DNA of 64,000 bases from Macrostomum lignano (Eukaryota), in contig NIVC01002687.1 of assembly GCA_002269645.1 (NCBI GenBank), positions 1 through 64,000 of the forward strand. The letters are read 5' to 3'. The position numbers and the translations under genes are program-made. The notes under the pieces were generated by a model. That model made no database searches. It had not been told where the DNA came from and worked only from the letters and a program-made list of their open reading frames with translations. This document shows positions 16,000-43,009 of this stretch, in pieces. Positions within the stretch are counted from its first letter, which is position 1. Each line of letters starts with the position of its first letter.

Positions 16000-18281
16000 A
16001 TGACGACACAATCAGGAGGTATTCAGATGCTTCTTCAGGCAGAGAAAAAGGCAAAGGAAAAAATTGACGAGGCTCGCAAAAGTAAGTTGTTTAGGTCTAA
16101 CATTAACAATTAGCCGTAATTAACAATTAATTTTGTATAGTTTAAAAATATAGTATAGTAATAATAGTCTATGGTGCATCAAAAGCAAACGATATCATAA
16201 TTGGCTATCTTATGCTATTGTGTCTTTCAATTTTATTAGAGAAATCACTTAATTCTTTACAGTGACAAAGCCTAATAAGGGTATCTCATCCTAAAACTGA
16301 TAATACAGTCTCATGCTTAGAGTCTAGACCTCTATATCTGTTATAATTTAGATCAAGGCCATATCAAGATTTTACTTACTACTACTTAGCTTGTATTTTT
16401 GCTTGAAAATAAAACTTTTTATAGGCCTAGATTTCTATAATTTGCACTAGGCCTAGCCTAAGTGATCCAAAGCAAAGCCCAAAGGAAAGAATAGATTAAT
16501 ATATATACCTAAAAAGTCTTGCAAATTATAGCATTGAACATTGAAGCAAGTTTTAAAGCAAAAAACTTTTCAAATGTATCAGGATATTTTAATAATATAT
16601 ATTTTTATTATTCTATTTTTTTTAAATAGGCCTACCCTTTTCCTATGTCTTCTATTGTTTTCCAATATAAATTTTATCTATATAATACCTAGGCCTATCT
16701 CTTATCAATGCCTATTTTCTATCAATGTCAATTTTTATTAATGTCCATTTCTTAGTGCTATTTAACAATGTCTATATTCCTTTAGTACCAATTTCTTATA
16801 AATCTTTGTCTTTTTTTGTCTTTCTTGCCAATCTATCTTTAAATAAGTGCCTATCCTATTAGTGCCTATTTCCTATTAGTGTTAATTTTTATCAATGCAC
16901 ATTTTCTATTGGTGCTTATGCTTATCTCTTATCAGTATCTCTTTTTTAATTATACATCTCCTATTAGTGCCTATTTTCTATTAATATCCTTATTAGTGCC
17001 CATGCCTATCTCCTATCAATGCCTTTTTCTTATTAGAAGGCATCTCCCATTAGTGCCCATTTCCTATTAGTTTCCATTTTCTATTGGTACCAATCTTCTA
17101 TCAGTGCCTATTTTCTATCAGTGCCAATCTCCTATCAATGCCCATTTTCTATTGGTGCCAATCTCTTATCATACATGCCCAATACACATCCAACCCATCC
17201 AAACCAAATAGGTGAAATGGCCACTGGCCAAGGTAAGTTGCAAATCAAAAATGCAAAAAATGAAAAATTGGGAGAAGAAAAAAAGGAGAAAAAGAAAAAA
17301 TGAAAGGAAAAGAAAGAGAAGAGAGAGAAAAGAAAGAAGGCAAGAAGTCATATACAAAGTAAAAATTTAGTTGCTATTGGGGGAACTAAATTGCAATCAA
17401 GAGGATCTGTTGTGAGATCCTCATGGAGATCCTCAGGAGATCCTAGGGTTGCAATTGGGAGAAACTAAGTCACAAATTTGGACAAAACTAAGTCACACCA
17501 GACGGGTGAAATTTTGAGGTTGGGCATGTAGGTCTCCTATCAGTGCCCATTTTCTATTGGTGCCAATCTTCTATATAAGTGCCCATTTTTTATTGGTGCC
17601 AATCTGCAATCAGTGCCCATTTTCTATCAGTTCCTATCCTATCAGTGCCCATTTTCTATTTGTGCCGATCTCCTATTAGTAAGCATCTTCTATCAGTGCC
17701 TATCTCATCAGTGCTCATCTCCCATTAGTGCTCATTTCCCATCAGTGCCCATCTCCCATCAGTGCCAAATTTCCCATGAGTGCCCATCTCCCATCAGTGC
17801 CCATCTCCCATCAGTGCCAAATTTCCCACGAGTGCCCATCTCCCATCAGTGCCCATTTTCTATCAGTGCCCATCTCCCATCAGTGCCAAATTTCCCACGA
17901 GTGCTCATCTCCCATCAGTGCCAAATTTCCCACGAGTGCCCATCTCCCATCAGTGCCCATCTCCATGCCCAACTGTGAGCATGACAAATGTTGAATCCCC
18001 AACCACCCGCAGACAAGCAGCGCCGATTGAAGCAGGCCAAGCAGGAGGCGGCAGCAGAGATTGACACCTTCAAAAAGGAGCGAGAACGCGAATTTAAAGA
18101 GCACGAAGCTCGCATACTGGGCTCGCGGACCGACTCGGAGAAGCTGGTTCAAGAGGAGACCAGACAGCGATTGTCGGAATTGGAGACTAGCGTTGGACAG
18201 AACAAAGAAGAAGCTATTAAACGCCTGTTGGAGTTGGTGTTCGATGTGCAGCCAAAAGTGCACGATAATTTCAAACGATAA
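16000..18281 (+). CDS. ATP6V1G: V-type proton ATPase subunit G (~117 aa)
   Basis: Exon 1 16000-16081 (MTTQSGGIQMLLQAEKKAKEKIDEARK) and exon 2 18013-18281 (KQRRLKQAKQEAAAEIDTFKKERE...VFDVQPKVHDNFKR*). These are canonical subunit G motifs with a phase-1 intron. Confidence 0.96.
16690..17965. repeat. Degenerate (CTATCAGTGCCCATTTT/CCCATCAGTGCC) minisatellite in V-ATPase G intron, interrupted at ~17170-17530
   Basis: The tcagtgcc core recurs. The array is highly degenerate on the left and homogeneous at 17740-17960. Confidence 0.85.
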
Positions 18282-20558
18282 TTGTTATCAAGCGGCTTTG
18301 ATTCCAATATTGACTTTATGGAACAGCAGTCTGGGTTAATTATTTGCGGCGAATTTCTCTCTCAAAAGGCATATGTTTACAATACAAGTGATTCATATAG
18401 TTGAGCCCTGATTTTTTATCTAATAATTCTGCTAGAACAGTTTCGGTCTTCCCTTAAACGCTACGGTTGTTCTTTACCCCATTATTATTTAATGCTTCCA
18501 TCAGTAGAAGATTACAAGAATTTACAACGGAGATATAGTTCATTAGTTTTTCTGTTTTATTGAAAGTTGGTTTCATTAATTAATCATTGGTTTAGCCTTC
18601 CGAAACAAATTTTATATTTTGTTTGCCAACGTATGTTTAGTTATTAACACTATTTATCATTGATTTTTTTCTGCAATGTTATTCTAGTAATTTTAAATTA
18701 TTATCTCGTGGTATGGATTATTAATACCTTATGCTTATCCTGTCCCTTACAACTTCTTGTGCGCAAATTACTTCAATTATGCTGATTAGATTTCTTTTTT
18801 CGACCAGTAAAAACGTGAAATATAATTCCATTTGCAATCATTTGTTGCCTTATTTGAATTGCCAAATCTCGCGTGGAACTTCAACTTGAAATTATTTAAC
18901 TAGATTAATTAAATAGTCTTTTTTCTCAACTCGCGGGTTTTGAAACATATACTTAGCAAAACTGCTTTCTACTTTCAATTCAGTAGCAATGAAGAATACA
19001 TAAGCTATTTTATAAAAAAACAAAAGCAGCTGAAATGGCTTTGATAGGTTTAGAAGCCAAGCTTGCAGACGTAAACAGCTTGCTAATTGGTTCAGTCATA
19101 ATGTACATTAGCCACTGACATGTACAAGGCATATTTAGGCTGGAGCAACCAACGAAGGTAAAAATTGAGTGGCGGGGAAGGGGTTGAGCCACAATAAATG
19201 AGACTTGTCTATAAAAATAGATGAAAATGCTTCAATTAACTTACTACTGAACTAAAAGTAGCTTGCAGCAAATGTGCTGAGCGGCCTATCTAGTTATTTT
19301 TAGTATCTGTGGCTCACTCGAATTTTTTTAAATTCTGCATAATCAAATTTAAGTCTCTAAATTAGTCTCACATCACGATTCGGCAGTTAAAGGAGGCATG
19401 CGCATATAAAATTTAACTACAATGGGATGGGCTATGGATGAATTTTCGTTTGACGGAATAACTACCGAAAGGAAGAGTTACAAATAAAACGTTAATGATA
19501 TGAAAACAAAAAGCTTTTGCTCACACAGAACTTAAGTTCTGTGATTGTTCACGCGCGTAGGTAGCCAACTTGGAAAACGTTTTAACATATAAAACAAAAT
19601 TTTTGTATATTTCCAAGTATATCTAATAACTAATGCGCTAATCTTTTTCAAGGTATCTGAAATAGTATTTGATTTTTTCAAAATTGAAATACTTTAAAAT
19701 ACACTAAAGCTTTACAAGCTTTAGTTCTATTTTCAATATGGTTTTCGTGACATACTTTAATAGAATTATAGTTGCCACGACCTGCGTTTTCAGGTTCTCA
19801 CCTGATGTAAAATATAAAATCGTCTATGGTTATTCAATATTACTATTATATATGTAGATTCTTTTCGCATAATAGGAATCTAATTGCAAGAATAATTTTG
19901 TGAGCCTTGTGCCATCGTTTGAAATTTGAATCTCTGTACCGTAGTAGTATTCGCGTAGTGGTATTGTAAGATGGACCTAGCTGTCGTTGCTGGTTAGTTT
20001 GTTACCTGGCGAAAGACCCTGATCACCCCTGAGTGATGTTAAAAGTTATCTGACTATTTTGCCTTGAAATTATTCAATTTAAGTTTAATATAAAACTTAT
20101 GAATAGAGATTAACTTTTAGATAAGATTTTATGACAGTTATTTCTTACTCAATCATTTGATTTTAATACCAGGAATATAGCTATTCTGAACCACCATGAA
20201 CTGAATCTTATTGATATCTATCTTTACGTTAAAAAATTAATTTTTTTTAAATTAATTATTTTAATGAAAATTTTAGCAAGTTAATGGCTAATATCAATAA
20301 CAATATGTAAATTTACTCTAAAAGAAAAATATATTTTTCATTAGTATTTTTCCCTTGGTAGGTTGGCTACTTCAAAACATTAAATAACCTCTCGTCCAAA
20401 AAAATTAAAAAAGCATTTGATAACAACCTATCAGTTAATGTTTATCAAATTAGTTGTGACATTCATAAATTATTTAAAGACTGTCTTGAATTCACATTCC
20501 AGATTGAATCTCTATTATTTATCTCTATGGCAGTTTTTTGTAACTATTATTAACAGCG

Positions 20559-24668
<4,110 letters not shown>

Positions 24669-24744
24669 GATTGAGATGACTCAGTCGGTCTTTATAACTA
24701 ATTTTTACTATAAACTACTTTTACCAATAGAAGCAGATTCCAAA

Positions 24745-25520
24745 CGTCGCAGACAAGATTTTAGCGTCGCAGACAAGATTTTAGCGTCGCAGACAAGATT
24801 TTAGCGTCGCAGACAAGATTTTAGCGTCGCAGACAAGATTTTAACGTCGTAGACAAGATTTTAGCGTCGCAGACAAGATTTTAGCGTCGTAGACAAGATT
24901 TTAGCGTCGTAGACAAGATTTTAGCGTCGCAGACAAGATTTTAGCGTCGCAGACAAGATTTTAGCGTCGCAGACAAGATTTTAGCGTCGCAGACAAGATT
25001 TTAGCGTCGTAGACAAGATTTTAGCGTCGCAGACAAGATTTTAGCGTCGCAGACAAGATTTTAGCGTCGCAGACAAGATTTTAGCGTCGCAGACAAGATT
25101 TTAGCGTCGCAGACAAGATTTTAGCGTCGCAGACAAGATTTTAGCGTCGCAGACAAGATTTTAGCGTCGCAGACAAGATTTTAGCGTCGCAGACAAGATT
25201 TTAGCGTCGCAGACAAGATTTTAGCGTCGTAGACAAGATTTTAGCGTCGCAGACAAGATTTTAGCGTCGCAGACAAGATTTTAGCCTCGCAGACAAGATT
25301 TTAGCGTCGCAGACAAGATTTTAGCGTCGCAGACAAGATTTTAGCGTCGCAGACAAGATTTTAGCGTCGCAGACAAGATTTTAGCGTCGCAGACAAGATT
25401 TTAGCCTCGCAGACAAGATTTTAGCGTCACAGACAAGATTTTAGCGTCGCGGACAAGATTTTAGCCTCGCAGACAAGATTTTAGCCTCGCGGACAAGATT
25501 TTAGCGTCGCAGACAAGTTT
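24745..25520. repeat. 20-bp minisatellite (AGACAAGATTTTAGCGTCGC)x~38
   Basis: Near-perfect head-to-tail units with no spacers. Confidence 0.98.
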
Positions 25521-26164
25521 TACGAGCTTTCAGTGAATAGTATAGAGAAACAGCTGTGAAGAAAAATCTGTTTCTGCCCACTGATTTGGACACTCATCGA
25601 TCCACACAAAGACTATAGAATTACTTGAGTTCGTTTATTTAATAACAAAGACCTTGAAGTTTCAGATTCTTAGTGATTTCATTATTTAAGACATACTGTA
25701 GATGACCACTAGTCTTTAATATATCACATGTACATCGTTCACTACTTTTATAAGCTGCCAATTGTAATATTTTTTCGTTTGTAATTTTACATTGATCTTG
25801 ATGTAAATTATAATGCAGTTCTGAAAATCAGAATGAGATGTTACTTTATAATGCACGTAATTTTGCTTTATCAGTATGATATAATTAATCAACAAGATAA
25901 AACTGCCTGTAAAATTGCAAGCAATATTCAAAATACTTGTGAGAAATTGATGACGTAAAAATTAATGAAACAGCTAAAGTCAACAGTTTTATCGAGACAA
26001 CAGCAATGATTAATGATCTTAAATTTTGAAGATGTGACTTTTTCGCTTTGAAAATTAGATTACATGTTAACCATACGTAAAGCAAGGCGCTTGCATACAT
26101 ATATTTCAAAATAAACGAACTTCAAAATCTTGTTACAAATGCATTGCGCTGGTAAAGCATGGAG

Positions 26165-26565
26165 GTTAATCGAGACCTCTCTCGACGACGCCATTGTCGC
26201 TCGGATGAAAAGGTGCGTGTGCAGGTCCGCAGAGCTGGCCGAATACGTCACTCTGGAAATACCCGCCAATTTCGTCTGGGAGGCAACGCTGTGAAGCAAA
26301 AACCACCGTCGACTTAGCAGCGTGTTCGCCACCGTCACCGCGTCTAATTGCTGCCAGGGCTGCCGCCTTCATCCACTTGGGAGGATCAGGTGTCGCACAT
26401 GCTCAGGATGTACGAATTGCAGACTGCAAACGAACTGCAAAAGACTGCTGCGTGCGTGACAGCGGTCCTTTGACGTCGATCTGCACCAGCTGCCACAGCT
26501 TCGTTAGCTCGCGTGTCAACTGCTTCCGTGCCTCCTGCGGCTTGGTATAGGATTCTTCCCTGCTT
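26165..26565 (-). mobile_element. Decayed Ty3/gypsy-type integrase (rve) fragment
   Basis: Across frames it reads LWQLVQIDVKGPLSRTQ, NSYILSMCDT*..KW, AVTVANTLLSRRWF, LPDEI.GYFQSDVF..LC and APFHPSDNGVVER, which are the collinear motifs of retroviral-type integrase cores. Stops and frameshifts are present. Confidence 0.8.
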
Positions 26566-27394
26566 GCCCAACCATGGAAAAATCATGCATGAACCCGGGG
26601 CAACAACCATGCAAATTACATGCATGATTCATGGATGTTACATGCATGGTTTAAACACATGCATGTATCTATCATGTTTTTATTCCTAATCATTGCATGT
26701 ATTTTGCATGGTTTTGTCTAAACCATGCATGTATTAACCATGTTGGCCATCTAGAAACACGGATAAATCATGGGTGTTAATTGACGTTCCTGTGTGAATT
26801 CAGCGGGAGATGACCGCGTAAATTTAGAAAAAAACTTCTGGAATATTTAATTATGTAGTAAAAATGTGGCAATTAATACTGGGCAGTTAGATATGGCTAG
26901 ATCGGGCATCTTGTTGTAATACATGTACGTCCAGTTAACTATGGTCTCTAAATTAGCGATTCAGGTGGCCACATCACCCAGCTCTCTACGAGCGTACATG
27001 TACGTCCCCCGCAGACCGTTAAAGACGCCGATGTGATCGGTAATGGGTTAATACCAACTCCCTATGACAGACCATGTAGAGACAATACCCAGCTACATGT
27101 ACATACATGTAAGCCGACAAGAAGTTTCTGCGGAGCGACTGCACATTCCGACGCCCGCGTCCTACGAAAGTGCATCAGGCCGCTGGTCGAATAGAACGCC
27201 GTCTTGTACTCTCGTACCGGTCCACCTCAGCCGATGGAGCCCTGTCCCTGTCGACAGTCAATGTTGAAGAACCAAGGACATTTGACAAGCGAGTCTATGG
27301 CTAGCTGTAGGTGCAGCAGCGAGTGCGCGTATCATTGATCACGCAGGCGTTTGGGAATTTATTTGAAGGCCCGCTTGTTTGCATTACATAACTT

Positions 27395-27575
27395 CTAGTG
27401 GTCCTTGGACTGAGGACGTTGAACAAGGGCCAGTTCCCTTAAGCGGGTCGGTGCTGGCACCAGGCTACCGGCCCTTAGAAGTTTCCGTGTGGCTGCCCAG
27501 CTGGTTGTTGCATAGGTACACCGCAGTAGTGCGCTGCCATTGCCTCCCAGACGAAATTCTGTACTTCGCCTGTCA
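27395..27575 (+). mobile_element. Second, more decayed integrase-like fragment
   Basis: WTEDVEQGPVPLSG...SVW...CLPDEIL. It shares an exact 19-mer (27540-27558) with the reverse complement of 26268-26286. Confidence 0.45.
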
Positions 27576-29396
27576 CTATCACCAGCATGGCTTCAGCTTC
27601 TGGTGCATTCTTCTTACCGTCCCATCCCAACGGCCCTTAAAGTGCTGAGCCATATTTTCCCATTGGACTATTGGAGTCGCTAAACTACATTTCTATAAGC
27701 CTAAATTCTATAATATATAACACTATTTTGGTTTAAATCTGGCCAGACAAAAACAGTCTTCTGCATCGCAACTTTTGAAGGTCGTTTCCCAAAAGTAGCA
27801 CTTTGACACTTTTGACTACTTTAATACTTATCTTTTCTCCTTCTGTACTGTAACAACAATTTCTAATATGAGTTTCTGGTGAATTGTTGAAAATTTATCC
27901 AGCTTTAAAACGAGTCCTTATTTGTTGAAAACTCGAAATCCTATGCTCTATATATAATTTACTTAGGAAATTTGTAAAAGTGGTCACCTTTTCTTCCTAT
28001 TTCCCTAGTATAAAGTTTAAGCTGAAAATCCGATGCAACCAATCACTCCATCTGTTCTAGGACTCTGCATATTATCTTACTGGGATTTCACTTGTTTGTC
28101 TGTGATTTTAATAGCTCGTATTTACCTACTATTACAGTACAGACCGGTATATAAGCCCCCACGCAGCGAAAGAATCGCCTGGCCATATACTCTGATTTGG
28201 CTCTGATTCAGATTTCAGAGTAATAAAAAACAGTAAAACAAAATATTACAAACCCCAATGGCGCGGCATTAGCTAAACTTAAAAGATTTTAACTCTCTTA
28301 TCATATCCCTATTAAACTTTGTCAGACTGGTCTGCCTGGCTATTTGTTCTGTTTAGTCAGATTAATGCCTCTCTCTCCCTCCACACACACACAGTTCCTC
28401 CACATTGAGTGGCCTTTCCCAAAATAATAAACCCCTTCACACCGTTCTTTACACGCACACTTGTGCTGTGCTGTGAAAAGTCGCTAAAAGGCCCTGGCTG
28501 GCAGGGGAAGGGGGAAGGAAAGGCCGGACTTGAAGCGTTCTATTTTTAGACTGCGCCATTTAGAGTGTTTCTCTACTTGTACATTCAGGAGAGAAATTTA
28601 ACTATCACGTGACTCCCAATTTGCAGCGTGTGGAGGGTTTTGGCGGACACCCCCTCTATCGCTAAGTGCGCCGCATGAGTGATGCCTATCTTTCTCTTTA
28701 GTCATAAGGTCATTATAATATGTTAATAACCCCCGGCAGCGAATAGACCTCAGAGCGAGGCAATAAGACCGGGGGCTTTTCTATAACACGGCCTTTGGTA
28801 TCTGTCTGGTTTGTGCAGCGTTTTGACTAGTTCTGGTTTGGCCTGACGGTAGTAAAAAACAAGTGGAGTTTTAATTGCGAAACTTTAAAACGTAAAGCTA
28901 CTCTGTGAGTCAGTACTTATTGGCTACCTGATCTTTTTTGGTAAGTGCAAGCGTTTTTTAACTTGCCTACTTTTTGCATCCGCAATAGGCCTATTATTAT
29001 TCTAGTTTACTTTATATTGAAACAGATACAGCATAGCTTTGTATAGACTATAGGTGCGTTTAATTACGGATGTGTGGCTAATTCAGGGCCCGGCCCCTCT
29101 TGTCAGTGTCTCTTCAGGCTCTCATAGGCTTTGCTGCCCGTGCCCTTCTGTCAGTGTCTCTTTAGGATTTCATAGTGCTTAGCATTGCTGCCCCTCTGTC
29201 AGTTTCCCTTCAGGACAGGCTCAGGCACTCATAGTGCTTTGCTGCCCCTCCGCATCCCCTGTTTTTTTCAGGTGGCTCTTCCATTCACCCTATCTGTGAA
29301 GTAAAATATTTTAATAATCAGCATTACTAGCACTAAATAGAGAGATTATTTTTGACGATCAAATTACATTTTCAGATTTGCCGCCAGTATAAGTAA

Positions 29397-33405
<4,009 letters not shown>

Positions 33406-33535
33406 TTGATGCAAGGATTCTGCCCGCTGCCCCCTGCGTGTGCTTACTTCTATAGGTACTGGGACTTGAAAGTGCGTTTGTCCACTGTGTTTTGTGTTGT
33501 GTTTTATTTATCTGTTTGTTCGTTTTTTATTTAGC

Positions 33536-34430
33536 ATATGGGATTATGGATTTGGGATATGGGATTATGGATTTGGGATATGGGATTATGGATTTGGGAT
33601 ATGGGATTACGGATTTGGGATATGGGATTATGGATTTGGGATTACGGATTTGGGATATGGGATTATGGATTTGGGATATGGGATTATGGAATAGGGATAT
33701 GGGATTTAGGATATGGGATTATGGATTTGTAATATGGGATTATGGATTTGGGATATGGGATTACGGATTTAGGATATGGGATTTAGGATATGGGATTATG
33801 GGATTACGGATTTGGGATATGGGATTATGGGATTTAAGATTATGGAATTATGGATATGGGATATGGGATTATAGATTTGGGATATGGGATTATGGATTAT
33901 GGATTTGGGATTATGGATTTGGGATTATGGATTTGGGATATGGGATTACGGATTTGGGATATGGGATTATGGATTTGGGATTACGGATTTGGGATATGGG
34001 ATTACGGATTTAGGATATGGGATTATGGATTTAGGATATGGGATTATGGATTTGGGATATGGGATTTAGGATATAGGATTAAGGATTTGGAATATGGGAT
34101 TATGGATTTGGGATATGGGATTATGAGATTTAAGATATATGGGATTATGAATTTGGGATATGGGATTACGGATTTAGGATATGGGATTATGGATTTAGGA
34201 TATGGGATTATGGATTTGGGATATGGGATTTAGGATATGGGATTAAGGATTTAGAATATGGGATTATGGATTTGGGATATGGGATTATGGGATTTAAGAT
34301 ATATGGGATTATGGATTTGGGATATGGGATTATGGGATTTAAGATATATGGGATTATGGATTTGGGATATGGGATTATGGATTTCGGATATGGGATTATG
34401 GATTTGGGATATGGGATTATAGATTTAGGA
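33536..34430. repeat. GGATTATGGATTTGGGATAT-type minisatellite downstream of CtBP stop
   Basis: Mosaic 7/13/20-bp units. It explains the ORFs at 33492-34469. Confidence 0.95.
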
Positions 34431-35577
34431 TCTAGGATTGTGTATCTATCTACACTAATATACATGTAACATATTATTACGGATTATTAGGATCTATGAT
34501 AGGGATCTATCTCTAGAGTCCCCACCCCTTTTTGTTGGGCCCTCGACGCCTAGACTTTTATTTTCCAATTTGTTCTCTAGCTGCATACTGCTGTGCTTGT
34601 ACTCGACCTACATGTACTTACTGTAATCGTACAATGATCGAGAAAGTTTGAACTTTTCTCCCCGGCTTGACTTGGCTCTCTGACCCGACGAAATCAAAGC
34701 AAGGCTTTTTCCCTGGCGTTTAACAAACTTTCAAAGACTAGGTGTCGCAGTTGTTTTAATCCGGTTTTTTGCCGTCATGATCATGTTTGTAAACATTTTC
34801 GCATTTTACATACGAGCGTAGAAAATGCATATTTATACTAGTATTAGTAGTACTATATGCTTATATAACTGGCACTAATTCGTAAGAGCTTGCCATCGCT
34901 AGAAGATCAATTCTTTAAGTTTTTATGCAACAAAAATTAAACTATAGTCCTTCCCGATTCATACTACTCTCACCAGGCATAATTAGTAGGCAAGTTTCGA
35001 AAGTTGCTACACTTTTTTGCTTCTCAAAAAATTGATTGCGCAACAAACGTGCAAAATGAAGTGGCTGGTCATGGTGGCTTATTTATTCATGTTTTATCTC
35101 TCTCTCTCTCTGCTGGGCACTGTGTTTAACCATATTAGCCCCGGTCCGTGCAAGTTTTTTTGGCTTTACATTTGATATTTTCTTTTGGCATCAAGGCGTT
35201 CTGTATTCCTTTTCTCATTAATAGCTAGTTAATCCAAGTTTCTTCATCGAATTTCAAAGTCAATGATTCGATTGAAAATCATGTCACTATGCAGAATTTG
35301 AATAACAAAAATGAATACACAAATCAGTTTCAATGACTCCCAGTTTATGGCTTGTACGGTACTGATCAGGAAAGTACACTTTAAACTTGATTTTTTTTCC
35401 TAGCTTTCCTTTGCGTGACATGTACAATGCAAAATAAAAACTTTACAGATTGATTAACGGTTTGAGGCAATGCAGTCAGTGTTTGTGTGCAGAGGGCTAA
35501 AGTACATGTACATTAAGTCCATCATATCATGTTGCTAGCTTATGATGATTCTGCGCGACGCGGTGCGCTGCGCTGTT

Positions 35578-42634
<7,057 letters not shown>

Positions 42635-43009
42635 CCGGCATAAGACACTTCGTGAACGAAGAAAGGCTGGCGGGCGGAGACACAGCAGACTCAGAATTTG
42701 AATAGGCCCGTGCTCAGAGGAGCAGATATAGCCCAATCCCTTTCTGGCAGTTTAAACTTAACATCCAACTCAACACTGTGTCTGCTCTCGCTCCCCATTC
42801 TAACCAATGGGAGGCGAGCTCTTGTAGACAGATTTTGCCTCAGGGATAAAGGACTAAGGAGGGGGGAGACTTCCCCTTTGATACACCAAGGAGACCTAAA
42901 GATCGAAATCTGGAACAGTGTAGCAACTCTTTCTCAATGCTCAACTCAGCTGCAGGCACAAGATAAGGCAAACTGAGGGCTGCTGATACTGCAAACCCAC
43001 TGCGACAGT

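Noticed and set aside
19010-19192. Possible small exon or gene between V-ATPase G and WDR31
   Set aside because: No frame stays open between plausible splice sites and no motif was recognised.
24745-25520. CRISPR-like regular arrays (also 43010-46490, 46945-47880, 62405-62995)
   Set aside because: Units are head-to-tail with no unique spacers, no cas genes are present and the context is eukaryotic. These are minisatellites.
28605-28612. TCACGTGA E-box upstream of CtBP (and near 51265 upstream of SULT)
   Set aside because: Short motifs are expected by chance and cannot be supported without conservation or binding data.
29341-29396. Trans-splice acceptor before the CtBP ATG
   Set aside because: A good cis donor (TTG|GTAAGT) exists at 28941, so an ordinary 5'UTR intron explains it.
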